IMG/VR virus record: IMGVR_UViG_3300027747_002221 | Span: 158,056-222,055 of that record | Strand: one strand, 5' to 3' | DNA length: 64,000 nt | Shown here: one piece after another, positions 8,118-17,649 of the stretch | How positions within the stretch are numbered: position 1 is the stretch's first letter | Layout: the number at the start of each line of letters is the position of its first letter | Program-made: the position numbers and the translations under genes | The notes under the pieces: model-generated | Told to the model about the DNA's origin: nothing | The model's input: the letters and a program-made list of their open reading frames with translations, nothing else | Database searches by the model: none

Positions 8118-8873
8118 CTAGGTGTAGTTGGTTCTAGATGCTAAAACGGTGTAGGTTGCTGAGGCTGTTTTCATAATTGTGTACACGTACATATCAATAC
8201 CAGTGCCAGCGCTGTTTGTTGGGGCTGTTCCAGTTGCCCATTTTGGGGTAACTGAAGTACCGTCAATCGAGAATGCTGATTGATAAAAAGTTATTGAATT
8301 TGCTGCTTGGGCGTGAGCAATTGTTATTGCGCTTCCAACAGACAATACTGAGTTCAATGTGGTTGTTGAATTAGCCCTGACGTTCAACGTCCAGTTGTTT
8401 ACGGCGTTAGCTGTATTGTACAAAACTGATTGCGTACTTACGTCGTAGTTGAATGTTGCTGTCGGCGCGGGTGATGAAATTGTTGCGGTTTCAATTAACG
8501 CAGTCACAACCGAATTATTTGCAATACTTCCACTTGCACTGTTACTTGTAACAGTAACTGCACTACCTACGACTGTAGCAGTTACTCCAGTACCTACAAA
8601 ATTAATACTTGTTGTGGCTGTGGATAAAATGTTACCCTCATCAGACACGGTTAACGCACTACCACCGCCCCCACTTACGTTGGCAGTTATTGTATTATTT
8701 GCAGAAATAAGAATATTATTACCTGCATTTAATACAACAGGAGAGTAATCATCCCACTGAACAGATGTTCCCCTCAATGCAATTAACTTATATAACTTAT
8801 TAGTTGTGGGATTATACCATTCATCCCCGAGAGCCCCATTTGGGGGCTGGGTTGTAGATACTATATGAGCCAT
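8118..8873 (-). CDS. Putative tail fibre-associated protein
   Basis: VSTTQPP..GDEWYNP N-terminus, central LTVSDEG segment, C-terminal NYDVSTQSVLY...PKWATGTAP...DMYVYTIMKT domain. Confidence 0.65.
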   Translation of the reverse strand: MAHIVSTTQPPNGALGDEWYNPTTNKLYKLIALRGTSVQWDDYSPVVLNAGNNILISANNTITANVSGGGGSALTVSDEGNILSTATTSINFVGTGVTATVVGSAVTVTSNSASGSIANNSVVTALIETATISSPAPTATFNYDVSTQSVLYNTANAVNNWTLNVRANSTTTLNSVLSVGSAITIAHAQAANSITFYQSAFSIDGTSVTPKWATGTAPTNSAGTGIDMYVYTIMKTASATYTVLASRTNYT

Positions 8874-8875
8874 TT

Positions 8876-11845
8876 TTATGCCTGTGCTTCTGTCCAGCTG
8901 ATACGAGCGTTAATGTTTGCTGGTACGCCTGCAGGAGACAAGTTTGTTGCACACAATGTAATCATATCAGGACCATCTGGATACTTACCTAGTAAAGTAT
9001 TAGCCAGTAAAGATGTACCACCACCTAAAATACTTGTACCAATATCTCTGGCCAATGACATATCCTGTTGAGTCGTACCTGAAGCATTCGTGAAGAATGA
9101 GAACATATTCTCACCGCCAACGATTGGAGTGGCATTAGCATGTAAAATATATTGTGCCAAGCTTGAACCACCGACGTTTTGCCAACGACCTTCTGCAGGA
9201 GTTCCGTTCAGAATAACCTCAATACGATAAGGTGATGTTGTCAACGCATCCATTTGGCGTAGAACCAACTGCATACGATTATTAATTTCTCTTGCACCCA
9301 TTAATCCTGTTAAACCGCTATCGACGCTAGGTGCAACTCGCAAGCTAATCATAGCATATCTGTTGTTTGTAGGTAAATTGGCAAGAGCAACGTTTTGACC
9401 AATGTTAAACACCAACGATTTATCGTCATCATATTTACCATCCATAATTACAGATGAACCCCAGTGACTCATTGTAGAAGCAACTTGAGGCGAATACAAT
9501 GATACTTGTGTTGGTGTATTTGAAGAATATGTAAATTGACTTGGAGTAATTGTGCCGCCAGCTGTTGCTCTGTTACCTATTGTTAATGCATTGCCTGTCT
9601 TTGCAGTATATGTGATATACTCAATATTAGCATTTCTATTTCCTGCCTGTTGTACAATTACTGTACCTACATTCGGGAAGTTATTTGCATCTAATACTGT
9701 TATAGTAGCACCTGTTGTAGCAGAGCTTGCTAATGTTGCGCCTAATATTGTATATGGTGCATATGTAGATGTTTCATATCTTGAAGCCATATTACCAGAA
9801 CGCATATAAGCTTCAGTATTAAAGTTATTATTAACAATACGATGGCAATATATTACCTCGCCTCTGTTATTTTTAACACCGAATCTAATAGCACCTGCAC
9901 CATACCATGAGAAGTCCATGTACCACATCTGCATTCTTGATAAATCAAGAGTGTATAAACTATGTCCTGTACCGTCTAATTTATCTATGTTCCATATGCT
10001 TTGCGGATACTTGGTATCTATTGTTTTACTTACTAAAGAGTTAATTACGTTAACTCCTCTGTATTCTGGGAATATATTTAGAACAGTATCAGATTCAATA
10101 GATTGAATTTTATAACTTGTTCCTCTGATTACAATCATATCGCCAGGTTGTAGTTGAGTACCAAATTTAGTAGCATTACCTGTAACGATTATGTTACCTG
10201 TGTTGGCAGAAACCGTTCCAGTAATTTGTTGTGTACTAGATCTCTTAACACAATATATTTGTTGTCCATCATACTCAAAGAAGAAACCATTTTGTTCGTC
10301 AAACATACCTAATCTATTTCTTGAACCATACCATGAGTATGGAGAAACAACGATTGGGAATCCTGTTGTCGTTGTAGCACTTGGTGTAGTATTGCTTGTG
10401 TATGTTAGAGTCAATGGAGAAGGTGCACCTGTTACTGCCCATAAACCATTATATCCTGATTCATTTACACCACTTACTGTAATGTTTGCACCAACACCTA
10501 AACCGTGAGGTACTTTAGTTAAAACTGTTACTGTTGTACCTGATGATGTAATATTATCAGGTGTGATGGATGGTCTAAAAATAGAACCAGTACTAAATTG
10601 TACACCTTTACCTGATTGATAGCGGAAATATCTACGAGTTTGTCTTACAAACTGAGAGTTATGTGCTGGTAATTGATTTGTAAATTGAACACCACCGTCA
10701 AACGCTCTGTGCTGTACATAACCTGCTGGTCTCATATACAACGTATTTGCTGCGGTATTTAGAGTTGCTGCACCTGCAGTCCAAGTAGTTCCAATGTAGC
10801 CGTTAGCAATTAAAGTGTTACTTGTTGGTGTGTTTGCCACATTCCAAATACCATTTAAACCTGTACTTGCTAGAACACCGACGCCTGTAACGCTTGATGT
10901 ATTGGTAAGCATAATCTGATTGCCAGGTGTTAAACCGTGGGCATTGGTAGTGTTAACATAAATTACACCACCTGTAACTGATACGTTATTTACTGCAATC
11001 GCTGAATTAGAATAGAATGCACCTGCAAATACATATGTCTTAGTTGGGTCATATAAAATGTTAGATCCAACAACTGAACTTGGTAGACTCGTTACGGGAA
11101 TAGTTGTTGTTCTATAAGAGAAACTTACGTTACCTGTAATCTGTTCAATAACGAACCAACCATCTGCATTTGCTGTGTCAAGTGTACCTTGAACATAAAT
11201 TGGTTGACCAACATAAATGTTAGGAGAAATTGTATCTGCAATGCTAACAGTAATTTGTGTATTACCGCCACCTGAATGGAATACGTTAGAGATATTCAAT
11301 TGACCAGGTTGCGCACCCCAAGTTGTAGTTGGGAAGTTAGGTAAGCCACCGTTAGCAGGTGGAATTCCAGGAGCAGGGGCATTTAAAAAGAATGCTGTTG
11401 GTCTGTTATTCATTAGGGAAATACTTTCCCACTTTGTTGGCTGTGTGCCATATTCAAAGTCTGTATCAATTAATGACTGAGGTTCCGAAACTCTCATCTT
11501 ACCTACAGGATCAAGTTGTGATTCCGCAGGAGTTGTTTCTTGATATGTCTCTTCAACTAAAATCGACAACTTATCTGTACTGCTCATTGCAGTAGTATTA
11601 TACGCCAAAAGAATAGTTGTTGATTCTACGTTTGTACCTATACCAGGACCGCCTTGTGTAGCGGTCATGGCATTAACAAATGATGTAGCGGCCAAATTAG
11701 GATCGCTAAAGTTGTAGATTACAGTATTACGTGTTACGTTAGTAATTAATAATAATTGTTCTCTGCGGATATTCTTACCATTTACAACAACTGTTCTTGT
11801 TGCCGGTGTAAATGTGTAACCTTCTAATATTACGTGCTTTGCCAT
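8876..11845 (-). CDS. Large virion structural protein (989 aa)
   Basis: YTFTP...LLLITNVTRNTVIYNFSDP and RVSEPQSLIDTDFEYGTQPTKWE motifs; repeated T..HGL..G beta modules. Confidence 0.7.
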   Translation of the reverse strand: MAKHVILEGYTFTPATRTVVVNGKNIRREQLLLITNVTRNTVIYNFSDPNLAATSFVNAMTATQGGPGIGTNVESTTILLAYNTTAMSSTDKLSILVEETYQETTPAESQLDPVGKMRVSEPQSLIDTDFEYGTQPTKWESISLMNNRPTAFFLNAPAPGIPPANGGLPNFPTTTWGAQPGQLNISNVFHSGGGNTQITVSIADTISPNIYVGQPIYVQGTLDTANADGWFVIEQITGNVSFSYRTTTIPVTSLPSSVVGSNILYDPTKTYVFAGAFYSNSAIAVNNVSVTGGVIYVNTTNAHGLTPGNQIMLTNTSSVTGVGVLASTGLNGIWNVANTPTSNTLIANGYIGTTWTAGAATLNTAANTLYMRPAGYVQHRAFDGGVQFTNQLPAHNSQFVRQTRRYFRYQSGKGVQFSTGSIFRPSITPDNITSSGTTVTVLTKVPHGLGVGANITVSGVNESGYNGLWAVTGAPSPLTLTYTSNTTPSATTTTGFPIVVSPYSWYGSRNRLGMFDEQNGFFFEYDGQQIYCVKRSSTQQITGTVSANTGNIIVTGNATKFGTQLQPGDMIVIRGTSYKIQSIESDTVLNIFPEYRGVNVINSLVSKTIDTKYPQSIWNIDKLDGTGHSLYTLDLSRMQMWYMDFSWYGAGAIRFGVKNNRGEVIYCHRIVNNNFNTEAYMRSGNMASRYETSTYAPYTILGATLASSATTGATITVLDANNFPNVGTVIVQQAGNRNANIEYITYTAKTGNALTIGNRATAGGTITPSQFTYSSNTPTQVSLYSPQVASTMSHWGSSVIMDGKYDDDKSLVFNIGQNVALANLPTNNRYAMISLRVAPSVDSGLTGLMGAREINNRMQLVLRQMDALTTSPYRIEVILNGTPAEGRWQNVGGSSLAQYILHANATPIVGGENMFSFFTNASGTTQQDMSLARDIGTSILGGGTSLLANTLLGKYPDGPDMITLCATNLSPAGVPANINARISWTEAQA

Positions 11846-11849
11846 TTCT

Positions 11850-12317
11850 TTAGTCTCCTAATACGACTCCACCCGCCGTAAACGGGTAACGTCTTGTTTG
11901 AATTGATCTACTGATGTTTCTGATAATTATTGAGCAATCGCTTCCCGGTGAAGGCGCTATGTAAAATACAATATTGTCATTTTCTACTCTATAACCTTGT
12001 CTAAATGAATCATATGGTGTTATCCAGGGCCAAGTTGTTTGCCCTATATAAGGTTTAACGAGCTGACCTCCCATTGAAACATCTAAATCTTTTGAATCTA
12101 ATATTGAAGTATTTATAACATTAGAAACAGTCGTTGTATCGACTGCTAATGTAAAAACTGTTTTATCTCCATCAAATTGAGGAGAGATATCATCCATTAC
12201 TAAGGGTAATGCAAATCCATTTGCAGCAAGTGTACCGTCTGCTTGGACAGTTACAACTGCACCAACACTTGCCGTGTTGGGTACTTTAATTTGCGATAGT
12301 ATTATTTGTGTTGACAT
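11850..12317 (-). CDS. Virion structural protein
   Basis: DDISPQFDGDKTVFTL...Y.V....IVF..AP..G domain, also seen at the C-terminus of the 2560 aa protein. Confidence 0.65.
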   Translation of the reverse strand: MSTQIILSQIKVPNTASVGAVVTVQADGTLAANGFALPLVMDDISPQFDGDKTVFTLAVDTTTVSNVINTSILDSKDLDVSMGGQLVKPYIGQTTWPWITPYDSFRQGYRVENDNIVFYIAPSPGSDCSIIIRNISRSIQTRRYPFTAGGVVLGD

Positions 12318-12344
12318 AATAGTCTTCCGTTATTCTAATACTTA

Positions 12345-13241
12345 TTAGAATGTGATTGTACCTGAGCTATAGAATTTATATACAACATATCCGCCTGAAG
12401 ATGTTACGACTACATTAGATCCTGTGGTACTTGCAGCAGAAAATTCTGTAGGATGACGTAAAACAACTATACCAGAACCACCTTGTCCAAATTGCCCAGC
12501 ACCCGATTGTCCGCCACCTCCACCTCCACCTCCGCCGGTGTTAGTTAAACCATTATTAACTGCGCCGCCGCTTGAAGGTTGTCCTCGGCCACCGCCCCCC
12601 GCACCGCCATTTCCTCCGGGTGTGCCGTCGCCACTTCCCCCGCCGCCGCCGGCATAGGCAACATTTGCACCTGTAATTAAACTATATCTTCCGTCCCCAC
12701 CGTTACCCACCGTTACACCGTTGCTACCTACAGCACCTGCGCCCCCTCCCCCGGCGCCAAAGCCGGCGGCGGTTCCACCTGCAAATCCTTCTACCGGAGT
12801 ATAGCTACCTGCATTGCCCGGACCTGCCTGCCCAATAGTTTGATCGCCTGCTGATACATAACCGCCACCGCCGCCGCCGGATCCGCCTGATCTACCATGT
12901 CTGTTTGCAGGTGTGACAGAATATGTTCCTCCACCTCCACCTCCAGATGCGGTTATTGTGGAAAATACAGAATTTGTTCCGTTAGCTCCAAAAGTGGCTG
13001 CAGTAGTTCCCCCGGCACCTACGGTGACCGTTATTGGGGTTCCCGGGGTGAAATCACTATAACCTGTATTAGTTCTGTAGCCGCCGCCCCCACCTCCGCC
13101 ACCTGCTGAATTACCGCCTGAGCCGCCCCCAGCAACAACTAAATATTCTAATGTGAGGACAGAACGGAGAGGAACATTTGCCGAATTTAATCGGTTGTTA
13201 ACATTATTAAAATTTCTTGCCGTATGGCGTTTTGTTGACAT
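12345..13241 (-). CDS. Glycine-rich (polyglycine II-type) domain protein
   Basis: EYLVVAGGGSGG ... GGSGIVVLRHP ... FYSSGTITF; basic N-terminus. Confidence 0.8.
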   Translation of the reverse strand: MSTKRHTARNFNNVNNRLNSANVPLRSVLTLEYLVVAGGGSGGNSAGGGGGGGGYRTNTGYSDFTPGTPITVTVGAGGTTAATFGANGTNSVFSTITASGGGGGGTYSVTPANRHGRSGGSGGGGGGYVSAGDQTIGQAGPGNAGSYTPVEGFAGGTAAGFGAGGGGAGAVGSNGVTVGNGGDGRYSLITGANVAYAGGGGGSGDGTPGGNGGAGGGGRGQPSSGGAVNNGLTNTGGGGGGGGGQSGAGQFGQGGSGIVVLRHPTEFSAASTTGSNVVVTSSGGYVVYKFYSSGTITF

Positions 13242-13573
13242 TAGTATATCTCTGAACCAAACAGATTAAAGGTTACGTTACCTTGTAACGAGTAAACTTG
13301 CACAGTATCTGTTGCATCCAAAGTCATACCAAGTGTTAATGCAATTGCATCCTGTGCAGGTAATGCGGTATCATATGCAATATAGGCATTAGATGGTGTT
13401 GGGCTGGTACCTCTGGGAATTACTGCAATCCTAAATGTTACATTGGATTGAGATAAACTACATATATTTAATGTGGAAATAACTGCACTATTTCCTGCAG
13501 GTACGGTATATAATGTTGCATTTGCATTTGCTGCAGGAAAAGCCTGTCCTAGAATTTTATATTTAATTGTCAT
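13241..13573 (-). CDS. Conserved 110 aa virion protein (YKILGQ...LYTVP family)
   Basis: Clear paralogue of 37726..38055; TAATG coupling to the glycine-rich gene. Confidence 0.8.
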   Translation of the reverse strand: MTIKYKILGQAFPAANANATLYTVPAGNSAVISTLNICSLSQSNVTFRIAVIPRGTSPTPSNAYIAYDTALPAQDAIALTLGMTLDATDTVQVYSLQGNVTFNLFGSEIY

Positions 13574-13583
13574 TTTTTTTTCC

Positions 13584-13739
13584 TTACATTCCCGCCAATA
13601 GGAATGGACTTAGTGTTTCTATTACAAGAACGGTTTGTCCTGAAGAATTAATGGTTACAGAGCCTCCACTAATTGTTGCATGAACCGCAGTAATTGCGTT
13701 TGCCGATAGTCCATCTTGTTGAATTTGTGTTAGAGCCAT
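13584..13739 (-). CDS. 51 aa protein ending in SPFLLAGM (not in ORF track)
   Basis: MALTQIQQDGLSANAITAVHATISGGSVTINSSGQTVLVIETLSPFLLAGM; directly behind a late promoter with a GAGA SD-like sequence. Confidence 0.7.
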   Translation of the reverse strand: MALTQIQQDGLSANAITAVHATISGGSVTINSSGQTVLVIETLSPFLLAGM

Positions 13740-13762
13740 TGTTTTCTCTTATGTTATACTTA

Positions 13763-13770
13763 TATTTATA
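13763..13770 (-). promoter_or_regulatory. T4-type late promoter
   Basis: TATAAATA immediately after the 13771 stop. Confidence 0.75.
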
Positions 13771-14607
13771 TTAATTCAAATCTTTGTTCTTGATGGAAAA
13801 GACCGAACCTTTGTCTATTTCTATTGAATTCCTCAAATTTCTAATTTTTGGTCTCCTTTTTTCGCTCTGTAGCATAGAGTTTGCCCCTATTACTAATAGA
13901 ATAGCTAACGGATCAAACACTATGATTATGAGTAAAATCATCCATGATACTGCTTTTTCCAATATACTTGTGTCCGTTGCCCCATACATAAATGCTGCAA
14001 TATACTTTATAGGACCTACTTCGGCCTCGACCTTTCGTACTTCAGCTGCGATTGGCGCACGCTCCTCGCTAATGGCAGCAACAATTTTCTGTTCGGCTTG
14101 GATCTCAGACTGAAGCCTTGCACGTTCTTTCTGCTGGGCACGTCTAATAGTAACTGCCTTCTCCGCACCCGTTTCTGAACTGCTTCTTGCCATGACTTGG
14201 TCCACTGCCTCATCCATTTGTTTAAGAGCTTTACGGTTCGCATCAATATTATCCTTTGCTGCTTTAATCTTTTCGTCATATATGGATATTTTTGCCAGCA
14301 CGTCACCTGACACTAAATTTTGATCGCTATGGGCTTTGGATAAGAATCCGAATATACCCATGGATGTTAGTAGGGATAAAACTACAACACTGGTAATAAA
14401 ATACGTTTTCATCAATGTGTTTATTTTGTTCCATTGTCTATATACGTAGGATGCTGTTACAAGTTTGCCCACTTCAAGAGCTGCGCCCATTATTAGAATA
14501 GGAGTTGGGCTAGCTGAAAAGATATAGGTCAATCCCATGATTGAAAAATATCCTGCTATACCTGAAATAGCTAAAGCTGTTCCCAATAATATAGCTGCAA
14601 AAATCAT
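13771..14607 (-). CDS. Membrane-anchored coiled-coil protein, conserved in T4-like phages
   Basis: Three N-terminal TM helices (LEVGKLVTAS), central coiled coil, EVGPIKYIA then FDPLAILL TM. Confidence 0.75.
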   Translation of the reverse strand: MIFAAILLGTALAISGIAGYFSIMGLTYIFSASPTPILIMGAALEVGKLVTASYVYRQWNKINTLMKTYFITSVVVLSLLTSMGIFGFLSKAHSDQNLVSGDVLAKISIYDEKIKAAKDNIDANRKALKQMDEAVDQVMARSSSETGAEKAVTIRRAQQKERARLQSEIQAEQKIVAAISEERAPIAAEVRKVEAEVGPIKYIAAFMYGATDTSILEKAVSWMILLIIIVFDPLAILLVIGANSMLQSEKRRPKIRNLRNSIEIDKGSVFSIKNKDLN

Positions 14608-15245
14608 TGAGCCATTAACCTATCTACAAAATTTAACAGTAAGGCGTGATGCTCACCGTTATGGTATTTTCCTTTTAGCCAACTGTAACTATCATACCAA
14701 AATTGTTCGCTTTCAGGATGGCAACCTATAAGTCCTATGTTCTTTTGAATAATCGCCATCGCATCACCGTTTGCATAAGTAGCGATTGTTTTGTAGTTTC
14801 CATTACCAACCAGAGCACAACCATCGTAAAAAAACATCTTTGTGTCAATTCCATCCCAGTTGATTTCAATATTCTTAGCATGAGGTCTCCTTGTGTCAGT
14901 TTTTGGTTGCGTGATATATTGTACTGCATCCACTTTATTTAATATGTTAAGATAATGACTACCTGCCCAATAGGCACCCATACAGATGCCTAGATATTTG
15001 CCGCCACGATTGACAAAATCAATAACACTAGTTTCGTTATGTTTGAATAAATTTTTGTAACTATTGCTATCCCCAATGCCGCCAGGAACAGCTATCATAT
15101 CTACATCGTCAAAGAAATTATTTTCTAGTTTATTTTTGGAAAATAGTTTAAAACTATACTTATTCCCTAACGATTTCATAATACCATTGCCACTCTGCAC
15201 TGAGCATTTTGGGTCATGGATAAATAATGCTATAGTTTTTTGCAT
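14604..15245 (-). CDS. BPL_N-like class I glutamine amidotransferase-fold protein
   Basis: PGGIGD, GGKYLGICMGAYWA nucleophile elbow, CHPE. Confidence 0.75.
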   Translation of the reverse strand: MQKTIALFIHDPKCSVQSGNGIMKSLGNKYSFKLFSKNKLENNFFDDVDMIAVPGGIGDSNSYKNLFKHNETSVIDFVNRGGKYLGICMGAYWAGSHYLNILNKVDAVQYITQPKTDTRRPHAKNIEINWDGIDTKMFFYDGCALVGNGNYKTIATYANGDAMAIIQKNIGLIGCHPESEQFWYDSYSWLKGKYHNGEHHALLLNFVDRLMAQ

Positions 15246-15246
15246 T

Positions 15247-16002
15247 TTAAAATGGTTTCGTTGCGCTCTGTGTCACTGTGCCGTTGTTGGTGACAGTTTG
15301 TGTACTTGATGAATCTGTAGTAACAGCTGCACCCAACATTAAATATTCAGTATATGCATCAATCGTTAGTTCTATACTGGGAGCTGATACTGTACTATTA
15401 TTCGTATCATATCTTGCTTCACCTATAGTAACTCTAAAATTAGTTATGTAACCGGGAAAATATCCACCATAGTATCTACCCACTTGATCAGATGAACCAT
15501 ACCAATCATACGAATCTATACAAGTTCCTGCAGGAAAACTAGTAGGATCAAAATTACCTGCTGCAAATGATGCACGATAGCATGTAACAGGTGCACCTGG
15601 ACTACCCAATGTGCCTACATACATTGTTTCTAAACCATTGGGGTTGCGGTTTAAAATAATATATTGCCATGTGTTTGTTTGTAATGTTCCAGGAGACCAA
15701 GTATAAGTTATTGTGCCATGTCCGCCAGATACATCTAACATGATATTATAATCATCAGTTGTAAATAGATGCATACCATATTCATTGGTAGTACCTAACC
15801 ATCCCCTGGAAGTAAAATCGCTATTATTATAAAACCAGCCTTCTATTGTAAAAGCTCCAGCGCTCATAGTTAAACCTGGATTTAAACTCAAATATTGATT
15901 GGTGCCGTTAAAACTTAAACTACCTCGTAGTGTGGGACCAGGGAGAGGCGGGGGAGGAGAAACTGTTATTCCTCCGTTAATTCTTGTCCCATTTATTAGC
16001 AT
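15247..16002 (-). CDS. LamG / concanavalin A-like domain protein with polyproline linker
   Basis: GSLSFNGTNQYL, FTIEGWFY, W..I.L.R, F.GYITNFRVTIG..RY. Confidence 0.75.
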   Translation of the reverse strand: MLINGTRINGGITVSPPPPLPGPTLRGSLSFNGTNQYLSLNPGLTMSAGAFTIEGWFYNNSDFTSRGWLGTTNEYGMHLFTTDDYNIMLDVSGGHGTITYTWSPGTLQTNTWQYIILNRNPNGLETMYVGTLGSPGAPVTCYRASFAAGNFDPTSFPAGTCIDSYDWYGSSDQVGRYYGGYFPGYITNFRVTIGEARYDTNNSTVSAPSIELTIDAYTEYLMLGAAVTTDSSSTQTVTNNGTVTQSATKPF

Positions 16003-16010
16003 ATATTTCC

Positions 16011-16691
16011 TTAGAACGGATTCAATGAAGAACTTGTTACAGCACCATTATTAGTAATTGTTATATTATTTGTTGACGAATCTTTTAGGAAATTAGCATC
16101 ATTCGAGGTGTTTAATAATAATTGGGTACCCCCGATTGCACTCAATGGTGAGGTAGGGACAGTAATTGTTGATCCGATGTAAAGTGCTGTGCCGCTAACA
16201 ATTCTAAAATTGCTTATACGACCATTAAAATAACCATTACCTTGCACCGCACTATATGCAATATCAATTGATCTATTTGCTGTACTATTATATCCTATGC
16301 CACTTTGGGACATTACAGAAACTCCGTTTACATAAAGTGTAAGAGTTCCACTTGCTCTTACTAATGCAATATGATGCCAGGTCCCTACAGTTATTACTGT
16401 ATTAGTAGCACTATTGCGTATACCGCCTTCACCAAAGTAGTAAATACCCCCATTACCATTAAGATCTACATTATCACGATCAGAACTAAAATACCACAAA
16501 CGCCCAGAAAGATTATTGGGGTAAATCCAGGTTTCCATAGTAAAATCGTTTGTTCCAAAAGCAAACGCAGAACTTGACGGGGTATTTAAATATTGACTTG
16601 TGCCATTAAAGGATAAACTACCCTGCAATACGGGGGCTGCCGGAGGAGAAATTGTCATTCCACCTTGTTGTCTCATTCCTGTTATTATCAT
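16011..16691 (-). CDS. LamG / concanavalin A-like domain protein
   Basis: FGTNDFTMETWIYP, WHHIALVRASGTLTLYVNG, FNGRISNFRIVSGTALY. Confidence 0.8.
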   Translation of the reverse strand: MIITGMRQQGGMTISPPAAPVLQGSLSFNGTSQYLNTPSSSAFAFGTNDFTMETWIYPNNLSGRLWYFSSDRDNVDLNGNGGIYYFGEGGIRNSATNTVITVGTWHHIALVRASGTLTLYVNGVSVMSQSGIGYNSTANRSIDIAYSAVQGNGYFNGRISNFRIVSGTALYIGSTITVPTSPLSAIGGTQLLLNTSNDANFLKDSSTNNITITNNGAVTSSSLNPF

Positions 16692-16695
16692 ACGG

Positions 16696-17640
16696 TTATC
16701 CGGTAAATGTTATCGTTCCTGGTCCAGTAAATGTATAATATACATTGCCATTTGAAGTAGTAACAGTGTTACTACCTGTAATATTAGATGTTGCAGTAAA
16801 ATATGCAGGATGTGCAAAAATAGCCACGCCTGATCCGCCAGCTCCGCTTGCCGATGTGGCGGTGTGTGCACCAGCACCACCTCCACCGCCGGTATTTACG
16901 TTACCGGCAACAGCCTGGAATGCTGTACCTGGCGGATTCTCTCCGCCGCTCCGTCCGCCTCCGCCGAGGCCACCGGGACTAGGAGCAACGGGAGAAAAAC
17001 TATAATCTGCAGCTCCACCGCCGCCGCCGGCATAATAATTACCATTTACCCATGCATTACCATCGCCGCCATATCCTTGTAATGTTCCAGTTTTTCCTGT
17101 AGTACCAGCGCCACCGCCCCCACCGCCATACTGTCCGCCACCTGTTCTTGAATTTCCTGGGGCGCCAGGATTTCCCTGTCCTGCTGTACCTGTACCGCCC
17201 GTATTGTTTGGGCCTCCACTACCTGCTGAATTTCCTGCACCTCCGCCCGATCCCCCGGGACGACCATTGTACTGTGGTGAGAAGTATCCTGTGCCGCCAC
17301 CGCCACCGCCTGCAGCAGTTAATGTGCCTGTTAACGGAGAAGCTAAGATTGAGGGTGTACCGGGTTCGCCCCAGTTACCGCCATATGGCGCGCCAGCATT
17401 TCCTGCACCACCGCCACCTATTTGTGTAACGGCAAAGCTAGCAAACACTCCTGTTGATAATACAAAACTGTTTGCAATATATCCACCTGCACCACCGCCG
17501 CCACCATAATAATTGGCACCTCCACCGCCGCCTCCGCCAACCAATAGATATGATAATGTAAAGGGCGGGGGTGGGGGTGGCGGTGGTTCGATGTATTGTG
17601 CGCCGCCAGATAATACTGCGCCGCCTGTTAAAATTAACAT
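16696..17640 (-). CDS. Glycine-rich domain protein (array member)
   Basis: ILTGG..SGG + P8 linker + polyglycine domain; closest to 19834..20760. Confidence 0.8.
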   Translation of the reverse strand: MLILTGGAVLSGGAQYIEPPPPPPPPFTLSYLLVGGGGGGGANYYGGGGGAGGYIANSFVLSTGVFASFAVTQIGGGGAGNAGAPYGGNWGEPGTPSILASPLTGTLTAAGGGGGGTGYFSPQYNGRPGGSGGGAGNSAGSGGPNNTGGTGTAGQGNPGAPGNSRTGGGQYGGGGGGAGTTGKTGTLQGYGGDGNAWVNGNYYAGGGGGAADYSFSPVAPSPGGLGGGGRSGGENPPGTAFQAVAGNVNTGGGGGAGAHTATSASGAGGSGVAIFAHPAYFTATSNITGSNTVTTSNGNVYYTFTGPGTITFTG

Positions 17641-17649
17641 ATTATTTCC

